Assembly: GCF_018977255.1 (NCBI RefSeq)
Contig: NW_024704743.1
Span: forward strand, 46,626,001 to 46,690,000
Length of the DNA stretch: 64,000 nt
Source: Callorhinchus milii
Taxonomy: Eukaryota
Direction of reading: 5' to 3'
Made by a program: the position numbers and the translations under genes. Under the pieces are notes generated by a model. It was not told the DNA's origin. It made no database searches and worked only from the letters and a program-made list of their open reading frames with translations. Positions 49,116 through 61,835 of the stretch are shown here, in pieces (position 1 is the stretch's first letter; each line of letters begins with the position of its first letter).

Positions 49116-50241
49116 CTTATAATAGTGTATTACAGAGAATACTGCAGTTCAAAGACAAGGCACAAGGTGGCAATAGGGCTTCTGAAATCAACTGTCTTGA
49201 AAACATAAATATTGTATGTATGAGGATGTATCTGTGAACCAGAGATTTTAAGACAAACTGGAAAGATTAAATAAATCAGAAAACAATGGAATACATAGCA
49301 AAGAATCAACATCTGAAAGACAAACTATGAGTTAATCTCTCCAATAGGAACCAAACTAACTACCGTGTTTTTGTCAAAACATTTTTTCACACAAGTTTGT
49401 GAGAATACAAATGTACTTTTCTCAAAAGGCCTTAAATTCCCAAATATTTTGGAATGATTGCAAGGAAAATTGGCACGTAAAAGGAGGGATTAATGTATAT
49501 GAAGAAACGACAGGGAAATAGGATTAAAGTGCATTTAAACGATAGCACATATTTGTCTTGCCCCACCTTCTGAAACTCTCCCCATCTCTGCGTGTAAACT
49601 CTTCCAAGCAGGGCAATTCAAATCAAGAGCTCTCCTGTCCACAAGAACAGGAACCCTTATCAATGATATGCTGCTCAACAATTCCAATGACAAAAACAGC
49701 CCAGAATCCCCAATGACACAAAATTGTCTTAGAAGAGTTGTAAGGCTGTGACAAATGGACAGATCCTCTTGGTTTTCTTCAGTATCCACTGAACTGTTCT
49801 TACCATTGTGCTATGATGTGAGAAACCTGACAGCAGAAGTGCTGCTCCCAAGTTCAGCCCCTGCTGTGCCTGTTGACTGCTACTTTTATTGTCATTTCAC
49901 CTTCATTAATCTCAGTTGGTGAATTCTGAGCAGCAACTCCAGGGAAGTTAGACACACACACACACACATACACACATACATACAAATCGTGTCATGGTGC
50001 TTAGAACTGAAACAAACCAAAGTTGGATGAGAAGGCTAGGTGAACCAAATATGTCTACTCTTGCCCTGAACTGTTTCCATGTTAGTAAATGCCAGACATG
50101 GTGTTTATACCCTTTGAATCCTTTGGGTCAGTGTATCATAATGTCATATCTCTCCTGTTAGAGGACAGGCTTTGAATTCTTGCTCTGATTTTCATTCAAC
50201 TGCTTGTATCATTTTTGGTCAGCTGGGTGTCTTGACATATG

Positions 50242-50387
50242 TGGAAACCCATCACCATGCTTAAGAGAATCCAAACCAAACTGAGATTTCCATGCATCCC
50301 ACCTACACATGGAAATCCCAGGGATAGATTGTTGGAATGGAATGTGCACTCTCTCCCTGGAGAGACGTATCCTGCTTATCTAATTCA
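50242..50387. repeat. Unclassified ~140 bp repeat, copy 2
   Basis: Colinear with 6093-6232. Confidence 0.8.
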
Positions 50388-52559
50388 AGAAGGTATTAGC
50401 TGCACTTTGGCAAGGTTTAGGCACCCCAGAAGATGCGTTGGGGTACTGCTGTAGTCTAACCAGCTAAAACCGTAAAGCTTGCCATTGGTATCACTGTCTG
50501 ACAAGCTTTGTTGCTGCTTGTCCAGCTAGGACCAAGCTACCCGTTAGGACTTTGGCTTCCGGGGTTAACAGATGCTGAGTGGGAGGATTTCCTGACCCCA
50601 GTAACTGGTCTGCCCTCCCAGTTGAGGGAGGCTCTCTGTGTTCAGGCTCTCTGTGCTGTCATTAGCAGGACCCTGGAATACTGTGGACCGGCCTGGCTCA
50701 GGAACCGGACTACCGAGAATGCCACAGAGCTGCCACTCCAATAATTCAGCCTCAAGGAGACCCCGCTTACTTCCGCCCCAAGGAGGATAGTCACTAATTG
50801 GTCTTTTGACATCTGACAGGCCCGGGGTTTAGGTAGGTGGATGGTAGGTACACCAGGAACTCCCTGCGAGCTTCCTGGTGGATAAAACGGCTCAGCATGA
50901 AAAAGCCGTGAGCGTTGCCCCGTCTTCCTGTCCGCAGCTGGAGCACACACCTTTTCTCATTGAGCGATGGTTCCACCAGTTGGAAGTGCAGAGTTTAAGC
51001 AGCTTGTGCTTACCCCTCAGCAAACCAATCAAGGTGGATTCCATGCTCTGGATGTACGAACGTGTGTTCAGAATCTCAGACTCCAGGTAACACCTTCCAG
51101 CAGTTGTCAAGATGTATCAACTGTCTGAACAAAGCACAGTCTATACACAGCATGCAATATCAAGATGCCAGATGGGAATCACTGAAATGGCTTTGGCTCA
51201 CAATGCTACCAACATCAGCCCTACATTTGTTACTTCAAGCAAACTATGAGGTCCAGAATATTCAGAATATGAGGTACAAATGATCACCCGAACAGAGTGA
51301 ATCACTGACAGGTACAGTTATAACAACCCTACCAAACCCGAGATTGCTGTTGCCATGGCAGACAATGCCGTTGGAATAAGGCAGACCAGTGACATTTTGT
51401 AAATGACCCAAAGATATCTTTTCAAAATCAGATTTGAACAGGCATTAATATGGGATATTTTATACTGTGCTGCTTTTTACAAATGCCCTGTCAGTATGTG
51501 GCATCTGGAATTAGACCAAGGTTCACCTCCGTTGTTTGGAGAGTTTACACCCTCAACTCCTCTGCCGAGAACCAGTCACAGTGGGAAATTTGTCTGCTCT
51601 TCACTCCGAATCACTGTGCCACTGGAAGTCAATTGCATTGGTGCTAAAGTTATTGAAAGTACCAATGCACTGCACAATATTTTGTGCTTAACAAAATAAA
51701 ACAGTGCTCTGAATATATTTCCTCATATCGAACGTTAGCATAGATTTTAAGTGTATCTTTTATCTAATGAATAACCTTTCAAAGTTGCAGTGGTCACCTG
51801 TTCCTAACTATCATGCTGACCTGTTGCTTGCAAGCACACTAGCATTGTAAAGAATGGCATTAGATTAAATTCTAATCCATCTGTGATCTGTGACTGAATA
51901 TGTTCTGCACTTACATAATCAACGGCCTGCAGTCAGATGATCCGAATTCTAGTTATTGTGAACATACCCACTCATACACCCTCCATATGCGAGTTGACAT
52001 TGGGATATACAGTACGATCGTCATCAAATACTCACTAAAAAGCAGCGTTACTCAGATCAGTAGTTGTGTTAACTCAACAATACAATGCTCATCCAGTTGT
52101 TCCAGAGATAGGTAACAATATATCTGCACCTTTTCACTATCTTCTCACAGGTACCAAGTAGTTAGATAAGAGGGTAGTTAATACTCATAACAGTGCACTG
52201 TTTATCAGTTTTAAGTGTGTGGTGTTCACTGATATGATATATTTAAATGTATCAAATTAACCTAAGGTTAGAAAGAGGCATTGTAACTTTTCCAATTAAT
52301 TTATTATGACAAGAATAGCTATGTGACTAGAAAGAGAAACAAGGTTCAATGTCATGTTCTTTTAATTGATTTCTAAAGGATAATGATACCTAATATAGTA
52401 AAAAGAAGTTAAAGATTAATTAACTGCATTAACATTGTCCATGAACTCTTGCAATACTTAATTTCTCAGAAAATACAATTGTGTTGCAATTACCTAATTT
52501 CTGAAAGAAATTTAATGAGGTAATGATGTCGGACTAAATAGGTTCGAAACTTACAAAGT

Positions 52560-52927
52560 TGATAAAGCTGTAGGTAAAAGCTATTAAAAGAGTCCTACGT
52601 TTTATAAATAGAGGCATAAGGTAAAGGGCATTGATAAACTTATACAAGTCATTAGTTAAGCCTTAGTTTGAGTATTGTATCTACTTCTGTGCATCCACTT
52701 CTGGGCATTCTACTTTCAGAAGAGTGTCAAGGCCATGGAGAGGGTACAGCGGAAAGTCATTAAATGATACCGGTGTGAGAGGTTTTACTTATCAGAAGAA
52801 TTAGACAAATAATTGAAAAGCAAAGATCTAAAGAGGTATGTAGAAATAAACAAATAGTTCTTACAGATACCTGGCATAGGCTCAATTGGCAGAATAGCAT
52901 CCTGCACTGAAATATTCTATGATTCTA
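52560..52927 (+). mobile_element. Degenerate CR1 LINE 3' region
   Basis: aaacttatacaagtcattagttaagccttagtttgagtattgt (LYKSLV.P..EYC), atggagagggtacagcgg (MERVQR), tail attctatgattcta. Confidence 0.75.
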
Positions 52928-53267
52928 CAAAAAGAAAATAAATGATTTCTTTCTACATATATATTTTATGTATAATATATTTAAAACCCGGAACTCTGAC
53001 CTTATTGAAGTGTGCAATGACATAAGAAGTGATGTAAATTTGCCTACTCCAGAGTGAAGCTCACACACTATAGTTATGGCATAGTGTAATCATGTGTTAT
53101 GGTTAGGGCATTTGGGTTTTATTTTAGTAGAATGATTTTTCTTAACTGTTTTCAATGTTTTGGAGAGCTTCAATCAGCCAATAATCCTCATATTTTATGT
53201 AACTCATGCCACATTAGAGAACTGAAAAAAGCAAAGTTTGTTTCACAACATATACATTTATAATAAT

Positions 53268-53697
53268 GTCATCCTAGCTCAGTTGCTAGCAATGTTGCCT
53301 CTGAGTAGGAAGTTTGTGGGTTCAAGCAGTACTTTGAACTCGCAGTCTAAGTTTACAATCCAATGCAATGCTGTAGGAGCCCTGTAAAGCTTTGTCAGAG
53401 CTGCAATCCTTTAGATGAGTCATTAAGACAAGGTGCTGTCTGCCTGTTAAAATGGATAGTGAAGTTCCCATGGCATTAATCGAAAAGAGAATTGGGTTTC
53501 CCCTGGTGATATTGCCAACAATCCTTCAGAGAATTTATTTTCGTCATTCATGGTTCTTTTGAGACATTGCTATGCGCAAAAAATAGCTGTTGGGTTCATC
53601 TACAGATATGGTCACTCTTTACTGTATAACCTGTGAAGCACTTTAAGATGCGCTCGTGGTGTGAAATGCACTGCATTAAATGCAAGGATTTTTATTA
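53268..53697 (+). mobile_element. Deu-type SINE, full length, diverged
   Basis: Head ctagctcagttgctagc...gcctctgagt...gtgggttcaag, body tgtctgcctgtt...ttcccatggcatta, tail aaatgcaaggatt. Confidence 0.78.
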
Positions 53698-55149
53698 CAG
53701 ATACACAGTCACAATAAATCTTGTAAGGCATTTGAGATATCTTGATGATTTGATAAGACACTAAATGCAGTACTATGATCAGGTTGTAGATTTTTAATGC
53801 TTATCATACATTATTATCTTGGTAACAGAAATTAAAATTATTTTGAATAAAGAAATTCAAATTTCTTTTGAATTAAGAAACATGAAGAAAGAGTAAGGTT
53901 TCAGCATTTGCAACATGAATGAAGAGAAATATATTGAATTCTGACTGGGAATGCAGCCAAAGATAAATAGATAAATGACTAGAAGGAGATCCAATGATAT
54001 TTACATTATTGCAGTATCCACAGAAGAACATTGCTATGCACTGAAGGACGAGTTTATTGACTATGTGATCCAGTGATTAATATGAATTTAATTTAATTTG
54101 ATGTTGGGTTAGACTTGCTGCAGAGTGATCATTTCTAAACTCAGCAATCAATAGACGTAGATGGCTGACACTATCTGATGCCTTGTCAATGTATCCTGTC
54201 AATATAGCAGGCAATCCACACAAACAGACAGGCACAGGAACACAAAAATATGGAAGCAAAACATTTTGTTTGTTGCAAGAACAAATTGGATAGATTTCTG
54301 CTAGAAAATATATAGTTTGGGACACGATATGTCAAGCGACTGCCAGGATAGTGGAAAGCAAATTGGATAGACCTTGGTCTTCTTTCGCCTAACAAATTCT
54401 TATGTTCTTATGTTATAAATAAAACTGTTCATTTACACCATGGCTACTTGAAGGACACATTATCAAATTGTGCACATATTGTCTGCTGCATTCACCTACA
54501 AACCACACGGTCACTGCACTTTACAGTAAATTCTGTGAAGCGCTTTGGCATGTCCTCCTAACATGAAAGCTATACCAAATGTAAGAATCATTATTATTAT
54601 TATTTAAAAACCAGGGCTCTGACTCTGATCACCATCCAGTAACCCTTTTGAAAAATAAGTGTTTGTGTGTGTGTGTGTGTGTGTGTGTGCATTGAGTGAA
54701 GACAGGGGACCAGGCTCAGAATCATGTCATCCCATTTATCACGATTGAAAAGGGTGGCAACACTCACTGTAGGCTTACATATGATCAGCCATTTGGACGA
54801 GCTATCACTGCCATCCATAGAACCCCAACCGAAGGACAGGAAGGGAGAGAATAAAAATGCAGTGTTACTGCCTAATATATTATTGAATAATAAAGATTCA
54901 TGCCCCAGAAACTATCTTAAACAAATAAATACATTTTACCATTAAACAACTAGAACAATGGCATTCACCAACCCTTTATTGAAGACCATTATCCAAATCA
55001 ATGTCGCTCTCAGGAACGATCCAATGCACAACATGACAAAGAAGAGGATCAAATTATACAGTATTTGCATAATCGCAGAATCCACAGAAGAATATTAGGT
55101 AGCAGACTCCGATTTGCACCTGAAATAGGCTTCTAGTTATACTTAAGGC

Positions 55150-55275
55150 ACTATGTCCCTTCCCTCCCCTCACCCTGACCATTTCCCCCCTGCTCGGGTC
55201 ATGACCCAACTGTGCAGCGCCTTGGGACGTCCTCCTGACGTGAAAGGCGCTCTATAAATGGAATCTTGTTGTTGT
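55150..55275 (+). mobile_element. L2 3' UTR tail
   Basis: cagcgccttgggacgtcctcctgacgtgaaaggcgctctataaatggaatcttgttgttg. Confidence 0.78.
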
Positions 55276-55396
55276 ATGAGCAACTGATAAACGATGAGCT
55301 CACTTCTGCACAAGCTGGAGAGGAAACCGAAAATTAGTCAAGTTTCCCACCTCTGTAAATTGCGCAGTTGCTCTGGATCTCTTGCTTACTTCAGTT

Positions 55397-55707
55397 ATAA
55401 TAATAATAATAATAATAGTAATAATAATCTTTGCATAAAATTTGATAAAATATGGCAGCCAATTGCGCACAGCAGTGTCCCACAAAGAGTTGTGGATTGA
55501 GCAAACAATTTTTGTTTGTTTATTAAGGTATTATTACCCCGGGAAAGCGATCTGCCAATTGACTAACAACCTGGTTCCTCTTACGTCTTCGGAAACAGAG
55601 GCATGGGGAGCAAGGAAACTTAGCTAAGGGTTTTGCCCTGGCCAGGAATCAAACCTGGGTCTTCCCGCATGCGAGGAGAGTGTGCTAACCCCTAAGCTAT
55701 GGGACTT
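55397..55707 (-). mobile_element. Young tRNA-headed SINE with part of the tail deleted
   Basis: (AAT)n, gcagccaattgcgcacagcagtgtccc, gactaacaacctggttcct, aacagaggcatg, head remnant. Confidence 0.85.
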
Positions 55708-55709
55708 AT

Positions 55710-55895
55710 ATTGTCATGGGGTTAGTGGTTTGGCCTATAAACAGAGACTGGAGGAACTCGGACTTTTTTCGCTAAAACAAAGAATGTTGAGTGCTGACCT
55801 GATAGAGGTCTTTAAAATTCTGATAGTCAATAGGGAGAAATTATTTCCACTGGTCAGTAAATTAGTGTCTAAAGGGCATTAATTTAAGATTTTTA
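55710..55895 (+). mobile_element. CR1 ORF2 C-terminal fragment
   Basis: GLAYKQRLEELGLFSLKQRMLSADLIEVFKIL is the classic CR1 Y.ERL..LGLFSLE.RRLRGDLIEVFKI motif. Confidence 0.88.
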
Positions 55896-56036
55896 GCTTA
55901 AAGTAGTTTGCTTTTACTGAAACCTATTAGACTCTTTAAAACTGTTTACCTATGTATTACAATTACAGGCTAACATTTACTTTCAGTTTCATTAACACAC
56001 TTTCATTAACACACAGTTTCATTAACACTTTCATGT

Positions 56037-56347
56037 GGAGTCCTGTAGCTCAGTACTTAGAGCACTCTCTTTGCAAGTGAGGGACCTGGGTTTGATTCCC
56101 GGTAGGGTGAAACCTTGGGCAAGTTTCCTTACTCCACACGCCTGATAATAATCCCTAAAAAATAAATAAATTGGTCACTTCAATCTACGACTGTTTGTGG
56201 GACACTGCTGTGCACAATTGGCTGCTGCGTTTTGCCCACAAATATACAATCATTCACTTTACAGTCTATTCTGTGAAGCGCTTTGAGACATCTAGAAGAC
56301 GGAAAAGCAATATATCAAATGCAAGGATTATTTATTACTTATTATTA
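56037..56347 (+). mobile_element. Young tRNA-headed SINE, short variant
   Basis: ggagtcctgtagctcag...gggtttgattcccgg...ctccacacgcctgataataatccc...gcaaggattatttatt. Confidence 0.9.
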
Positions 56348-56579
56348 TATACTCTGATTTTTTCATAATTAAAATGACAGCTTCAGTAATGTTCCTTCAA
56401 ATTGCTGAGCAGTTTTTCATCTGGAAAGTCAGCCTTTTGTATGTGAAAACCAAGAGTGGGGATATTCCTTCAAATGACTGAAGTTCAGAGACTTGAATTG
56501 ATTAAAAGTCTGCAGGAAATGTGCGTCAAAAACAGTACTACAGTTGGTTTAAAACAGTACTTTCAATTGCTTTGGGGTG

Positions 56580-57023
56580 CAAGGATAATTTCCTTGGGAT
56601 TTTTTGCTGGATAGTGGAAACCTAGAGACAATAGTGCAAATCTCAGCATCATTCCATGATGGTCAGCCTTTGTGATGGAGAGAAGCTGAGGTGGTGATGT
56701 TCACCTCTGGTTAACTAGAGTTTCCAGAACCACTATAGTACTGTATCACAGTTTTCACACACAAATGAAAGTCAAAACCGCAAAAAGCACATTGATTTAT
56801 TTTGTCTGCTGCTAATTTTTGATCTTAAATAATTCTGAGAAATATCCCTGATGCTTTGCTGAGCACAGGAGATTATTATATTGTATATTTAGATCAATGC
56901 ACTTCTACCACTCCATGTGTTTCATTATACAGTATCTGTTATTTTGTGTTGAACAGCTGGGAAAGGACAAATATACCTTAATATGACAGTGGAGGAAGGA
57001 CTGAATATTATTTGAAAATAAGT
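56580..57023. repeat. Unclassified ~440 bp interspersed repeat, copy 2
   Basis: Colinear with 4391-4825. Confidence 0.85.
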
Positions 57024-59399
57024 GATGCTGATCGGGTTTTATCAGAAACTTAGTACAGGAGTATTTTAATTCACATACAGGTTATATAGTATCCCCCATC
57101 CCCGCAATGCACAACTCTGTAAAGCTCAAGGCATCATATAAATGTAAATTTTACAGTATTTCCAATAAGGAAACAGTAAAGAATTGTAGTCAATTTCTGA
57201 GGTTCATTGAGGTAGGAAGCTATAATTCCTATTACAGGAATTTGTAGGCAAAGGCATTCTGCCATGGTTTACAGAATACACATTGCACCACACTTTACAG
57301 TAAAATCCTATGAAGCGCTTTGAGATGTTCTCCTGACTTGAAAGGTGCTGTGTCAAATGGAAGGATTATTACCTGTATTACAGGGGGAAAAAAATAGCTA
57401 ACCCTGTAAACTCTTGTCACAGTGCCGGAACACCTCCCCCACCCCTACCGAAAATGCACTTTTAAATATAGATAATTATAACCTGGTCAAATAATCTTAA
57501 ACATGTACTGATCTAACCATTTCCAAATCAGATCACACGGGAAGTGATCACTTTGGACGAGCAGTAAACGGACTGAACCAGGGATCGGGCTGTTTTTCAG
57601 TTGTAGAAAATACACAAGGCATTTCCCTTTGCTGTGTATATAAAATATCCAGTGTCCATCAGTGCCGCCATATAACTAACTGTAGTATCCATTTCAGCTC
57701 GCAGCCTGGCAGTGCAGTGTGGCCCACTTCGCTGGGAACATTATTTCATTCTGTGGGGTAAGAATCTTTTTTTTTCCTTCATTGCAAAGGCGACCCCAAC
57801 AAAAGGTGCAACTCGAGGGCTTTGACTTAAACGTGTTGTTTGAGGCGGAGTACTCACTCCCTTCTGTTTAACATTACCTTAAAACTGAGCAAGATGCCAG
57901 CCAGCAGCTATTTGCAGGCTGCACTCTCTGATCTGACTGCATAGAGATGCCAATTTGCAGAGGGGAAACCGGTCTGTGGAGAATATTACTTCCACATGAG
58001 GCTATTGGCAATGTTAATTTATATGCTGTCCCTCTTTGATTCCTAATGCTTTCTTTCTCTCGTACTGTGCAAACGCTTTGACTATGCAGCTTTTTTTTTC
58101 TCTCTCCATTTGTTAACCTCGCTCTTAAATGCAAACAAGCAGGATTTATTGAAATCTCTGGGGGGTGGGAATAGCTACTCACTGGAGCCACACAGCGCGG
58201 TGGAGTGCCTCTGGTGTTCAACAGCATTTGCCATTAGTTCCAGGTACGATATGATGGAGAGGTTCATAAATCTCTGCTGAAGCTGATCAATAAAAAAAAA
58301 GCCTTATAACCGCAGTTGAGGAATCCCACTCCAGCGCTGAGACACTGACCAGCAATTCATTTGGTGGTGAGAGAGAGAGAGCTCTGCGCATTTGAGCATT
58401 TAGTTTAGGTGTTAGTTACTGTAAAGGTGGATGTGGAGAGTGCTCCTGACGTGCATCTGGGGATCTGCGGAGGGCAGAGAGGAGGTACAGGGAATGGGAC
58501 GAGGATATTCAGCTGCAGGTGCTCCATAATATTGCCTGGGTCTCAGCCCCAACCAACGCCAGTGAGTCTCAAGTCGATGTCACGCCAATCTACACTGTTT
58601 GAACACTTGGGAAAATGCGTGACCAAAAAAAATGTAACCTCTGGTTAATTACTCTTAAAATATTCTGTGGTTTTGCTGATCTCGTTTCTAATTCTGTCCG
58701 CGTGGAAAGCGATCGGTTTGGAAGAGCAGTGGACAGACTGAGTTGGGATCAGGCCGGGATGCCGATGTGGATTGTGTAGGGAACAGAGGCGAATGGCATA
58801 TAGTCTAACGTTAGCACTGTAGCCAAACACTTGGCAGTCAGAATAAACCAAGTTACTTTCCCTGAAAGAAATATATGGTGTATTTGCAGTGTCAATATCT
58901 GAGAGGAACATTTAAATGGGGCTGTGCAGGCAGATGAGTGGTAGGGGCTAAATAATGGAGATGTAAATGTCTGCTATTAACTAACTTGGATACATTTCTT
59001 TTTAAATAGACAGAGCCACATAATAAGCAGACGCACAGATCTATAAATGAGCACATGCATGAAGATAGATGTTGGGAAAGAGAGTCGGATCGCATGTGAA
59101 ACCCTTCAGACTTTCGATGGCGAGGCTTTAGAAATAAAGTTTAGCTTTTCTTGGAAATTGCCTTTGCAGATCTTCGTTTAATGTGTGACTTACTCTTGCT
59201 CTTCGGAGATAAGATAAGCAGCGTTTGAATCCCAGCCTCAGATACCTAAGACAGAATGCAGAGAGAAGCCCTGGCTTGGTGTAATAAATAGTTCCCAGTG
59301 GGAAAAATCTTGCACTGTTAGTTCTTAAAACATTATTATTGAGTTTGTGTTTGAGGTGCCGGGCTGGTTGTTGGAGGTGCTGGGGTTTCAGTGAGAGCA

Positions 59400-59410
59400 G
59401 TGTGTGTGTA

Positions 59411-59448
<38 letters not shown>

Positions 59449-59517
59449 GCGATGCCACCTGATGGAGACGGCATCGCTGTGTGAACTGTCTTTTTTCTCT
59501 CTCTCTCTCTCTCTCTG
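59400..59517. repeat. (GT)n(GA)n followed by (CT)n microsatellites
   Basis: Directly visible. Confidence 0.9.
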
Positions 59518-60139
59518 ACCATCTCCAAAGCACCGCCACTCACTGCCAACCCTTCTCGAGTGCATGACAGCTTCTCCATGAGCTACAGTTAACCAGACAT
59601 CTGGGGCTCCAGATGATCAACAACATAGGATTTTAACCAAAAAAAAAGACTCCATGTGTAGCGAATGTTCAGTAAAGTCACAATGAATTCTCTGGAGGGA
59701 AGTGTCTCTGTGAGGTTAGGATAAACAGGAAGGGCAGTCTGTGGTGCTGGGTTTGCAGGCTGAGGAACACTGTAAATTTGTGCCCTGCAACTCCACACTG
59801 CGGGTCTATTTTATGTGGAAATTGCCAAGTTCAGGGCGGCACTGGGGAGTTCATTGTGGGGGAAAAGAAAGATGTAAACGAATCCTGCCAACTGGTGTGT
59901 GAACTGAGTTCATTTGCTTTTCAATGCCTCTGATCGATTATGCTGCATAAAAACCCCCGGGGGAGGAGGGAGAGCGAAAATGCGACATTTTATAATACTT
60001 ATCACATTTTCACCTTCTTGCTCCTGTCCAAAGTTCCCACATCACTGCTGTGGAGATAGATATCTAAGGTGATCTCATATCTAAAGTGGTCGATCTTACT
60101 CATGTGGCTGATTTGTTAAGAGTAGCATTTGGAGACAGT

Positions 60140-60141
<2 letters not shown>

Positions 60142-60175
<34 letters not shown>
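60142..60175. repeat. (TA)~17 microsatellite
   Basis: Directly visible. Confidence 0.95.
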
Positions 60176-60178
<3 letters not shown>

Positions 60179-60734
60179 GGAGCGATAAAATAGACAGAAG
60201 TGGAAATGATATTACTGGAGAGGGCAAAGTGCGAGCAGAAATAAGAGTGATTAAATGTCAGCACGCCTTTGTAATTTTGGTGTTGATGTTGTTAAAGGTT
60301 TCGACACCATCACTGACTCTCTCCTGTGGTGCCAGTGGGAGAGAGCAGGAATGTGCTCCTTCTCTGTCTCTTGGTCTCTGATGTGGGATTGCATTGATGA
60401 CTTTCTATCAGCGGAGCAGCCGTGTAGCGATTGCCAGCGGCTAATGTCCGCGTTGGGGTGGGTTTGTGTTGTCAAAGCATCTGATCTGCTCTCTGGTTAA
60501 ATATAGCCAGTCCTGCAGCGAGGGGAAGATTTAATGGCAAATGATTGACATTCTTTTTCCAAAAGGCAACAGCGACGCCAGCATCAAGTTTGAACTGCAG
60601 CCGAGTCGGGATGTTCCTCATCGCCTTAGGACTTTTTCAGCAACTCTGTTTCTGCCATGTGTTGGCTGAAGCCAACTTCTTGGACAACCCTCTCGGGCTG
60701 CAAGCAGGTAAAGCAGGGGCGAGATCACACCAAA

Positions 60735-60743
60735 CTCTCTCTC

Positions 60744-60798
<55 letters not shown>

Positions 60799-60845
60799 GC
60801 CTTGCGCTTGCACACACCCCACACCCCCCACCCCCCACCCCCCTT
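60735..60845. repeat. (CT)n/(CTGTCT)n-(CA)n microsatellite and C-rich tract
   Basis: Directly visible. Confidence 0.9.
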
Positions 60846-61579
60846 TGCCCAAATGCATGCGATCCGAAACGGTGGGGACTCACTCACCACTCACCCCGGG
60901 GCGAGTGTGTAACATTGAGTGGTCAGCACTCCAGATGTGACCCAAACCTTGTTCTCATTCAGGCACTGAGCGAGGTCCCATCCCATCCCATCCCCGCCGT
61001 ATATATATATAGATATATATATATATATTATATATATATATCTGACCTGGATCTGGATGTTAAGAGGTGTTTTTATTTCAATCCCCAGTATTGTAAACCC
61101 GGTGGCGTGTCTTCACGTTGCCTCTATTTTCGGTCAGTTCACGAGGAGGGGAGGAACAGGGTCCACATGTAAATCTGTTGCTAAAAATACAGGCGGCCCC
61201 TTCCTTATTGCTATAGGACTCCAATCGGATGTAAGAGAGTAAACATCAGCTGGCTCCACACATATCACACTCTCAGCTAAGCATGTACTGAAATAACCTG
61301 CTCGGCCAGGAGGGTTTAGTCGGAAACTATTTTTGATTGTTTAGCACGTTGTCGTGGAAACACCAAAGTCACACATCTTTCCCTTGGAGTTAGCGAGGAG
61401 GGCAAGTTTTGAAGACATCTGTCAGAGGTTCCACTGAGCAGCTAAAAAATGCCATGTAGGAAGGAGCCAGAGTGCAACAGGTGCCCCACGTTTTACATGT
61501 AATAATAACGCAGATCCTCTTAACTCTTTTAATTCTGGTTTATTTTCTTTCCAAACCCTTTACTTGCTTTTAATACTGA

Positions 61580-61835
61580 TGCTTGCGTTTGATACAGGGC
61601 CCCTTATCGAGTCTTTGACGCGTCTCAAGAGCGTCTCGCGACGCTTAGAGCGTTCTGGGACGCTACCCTGCACGAGGGGCACTATACACATGCATGTTGC
61701 TGTTGTTGTCTTAGAAGGCTTCACAGAGTATACTGTAAGGTGAATTGCCTGTATATTTTGTGGGCAAAACACGCCAGCCGATTGCGCACAGCAGTGTCAC
61801 AAAAACAGTCATGTATGAGTGACCAAATTATTACT
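61580..61835 (-). mobile_element. SINE 3' half (-) interrupted by a short plus-strand L2 tail (~61645-61710)
   Basis: cttgcgtttgatacagggcccctta...cgtctcaag [agagcgttctgggacgctaccctgcacgaggggcactata...ttgttg] gcttcacagagtatactgtaa...cgcacagcagtgtc. Confidence 0.7.

Noticed and set aside
55981..56034. Triple tttcattaacac repeat next to a SINE, as a possible TSD
   Set aside because: All copies are on one side of the SINE; simple local slippage.
59427..59517. Hairpin formed by (GA)n and (CT)n arms
   Set aside because: Complementarity comes from low-complexity microsatellites; no independent support for function.
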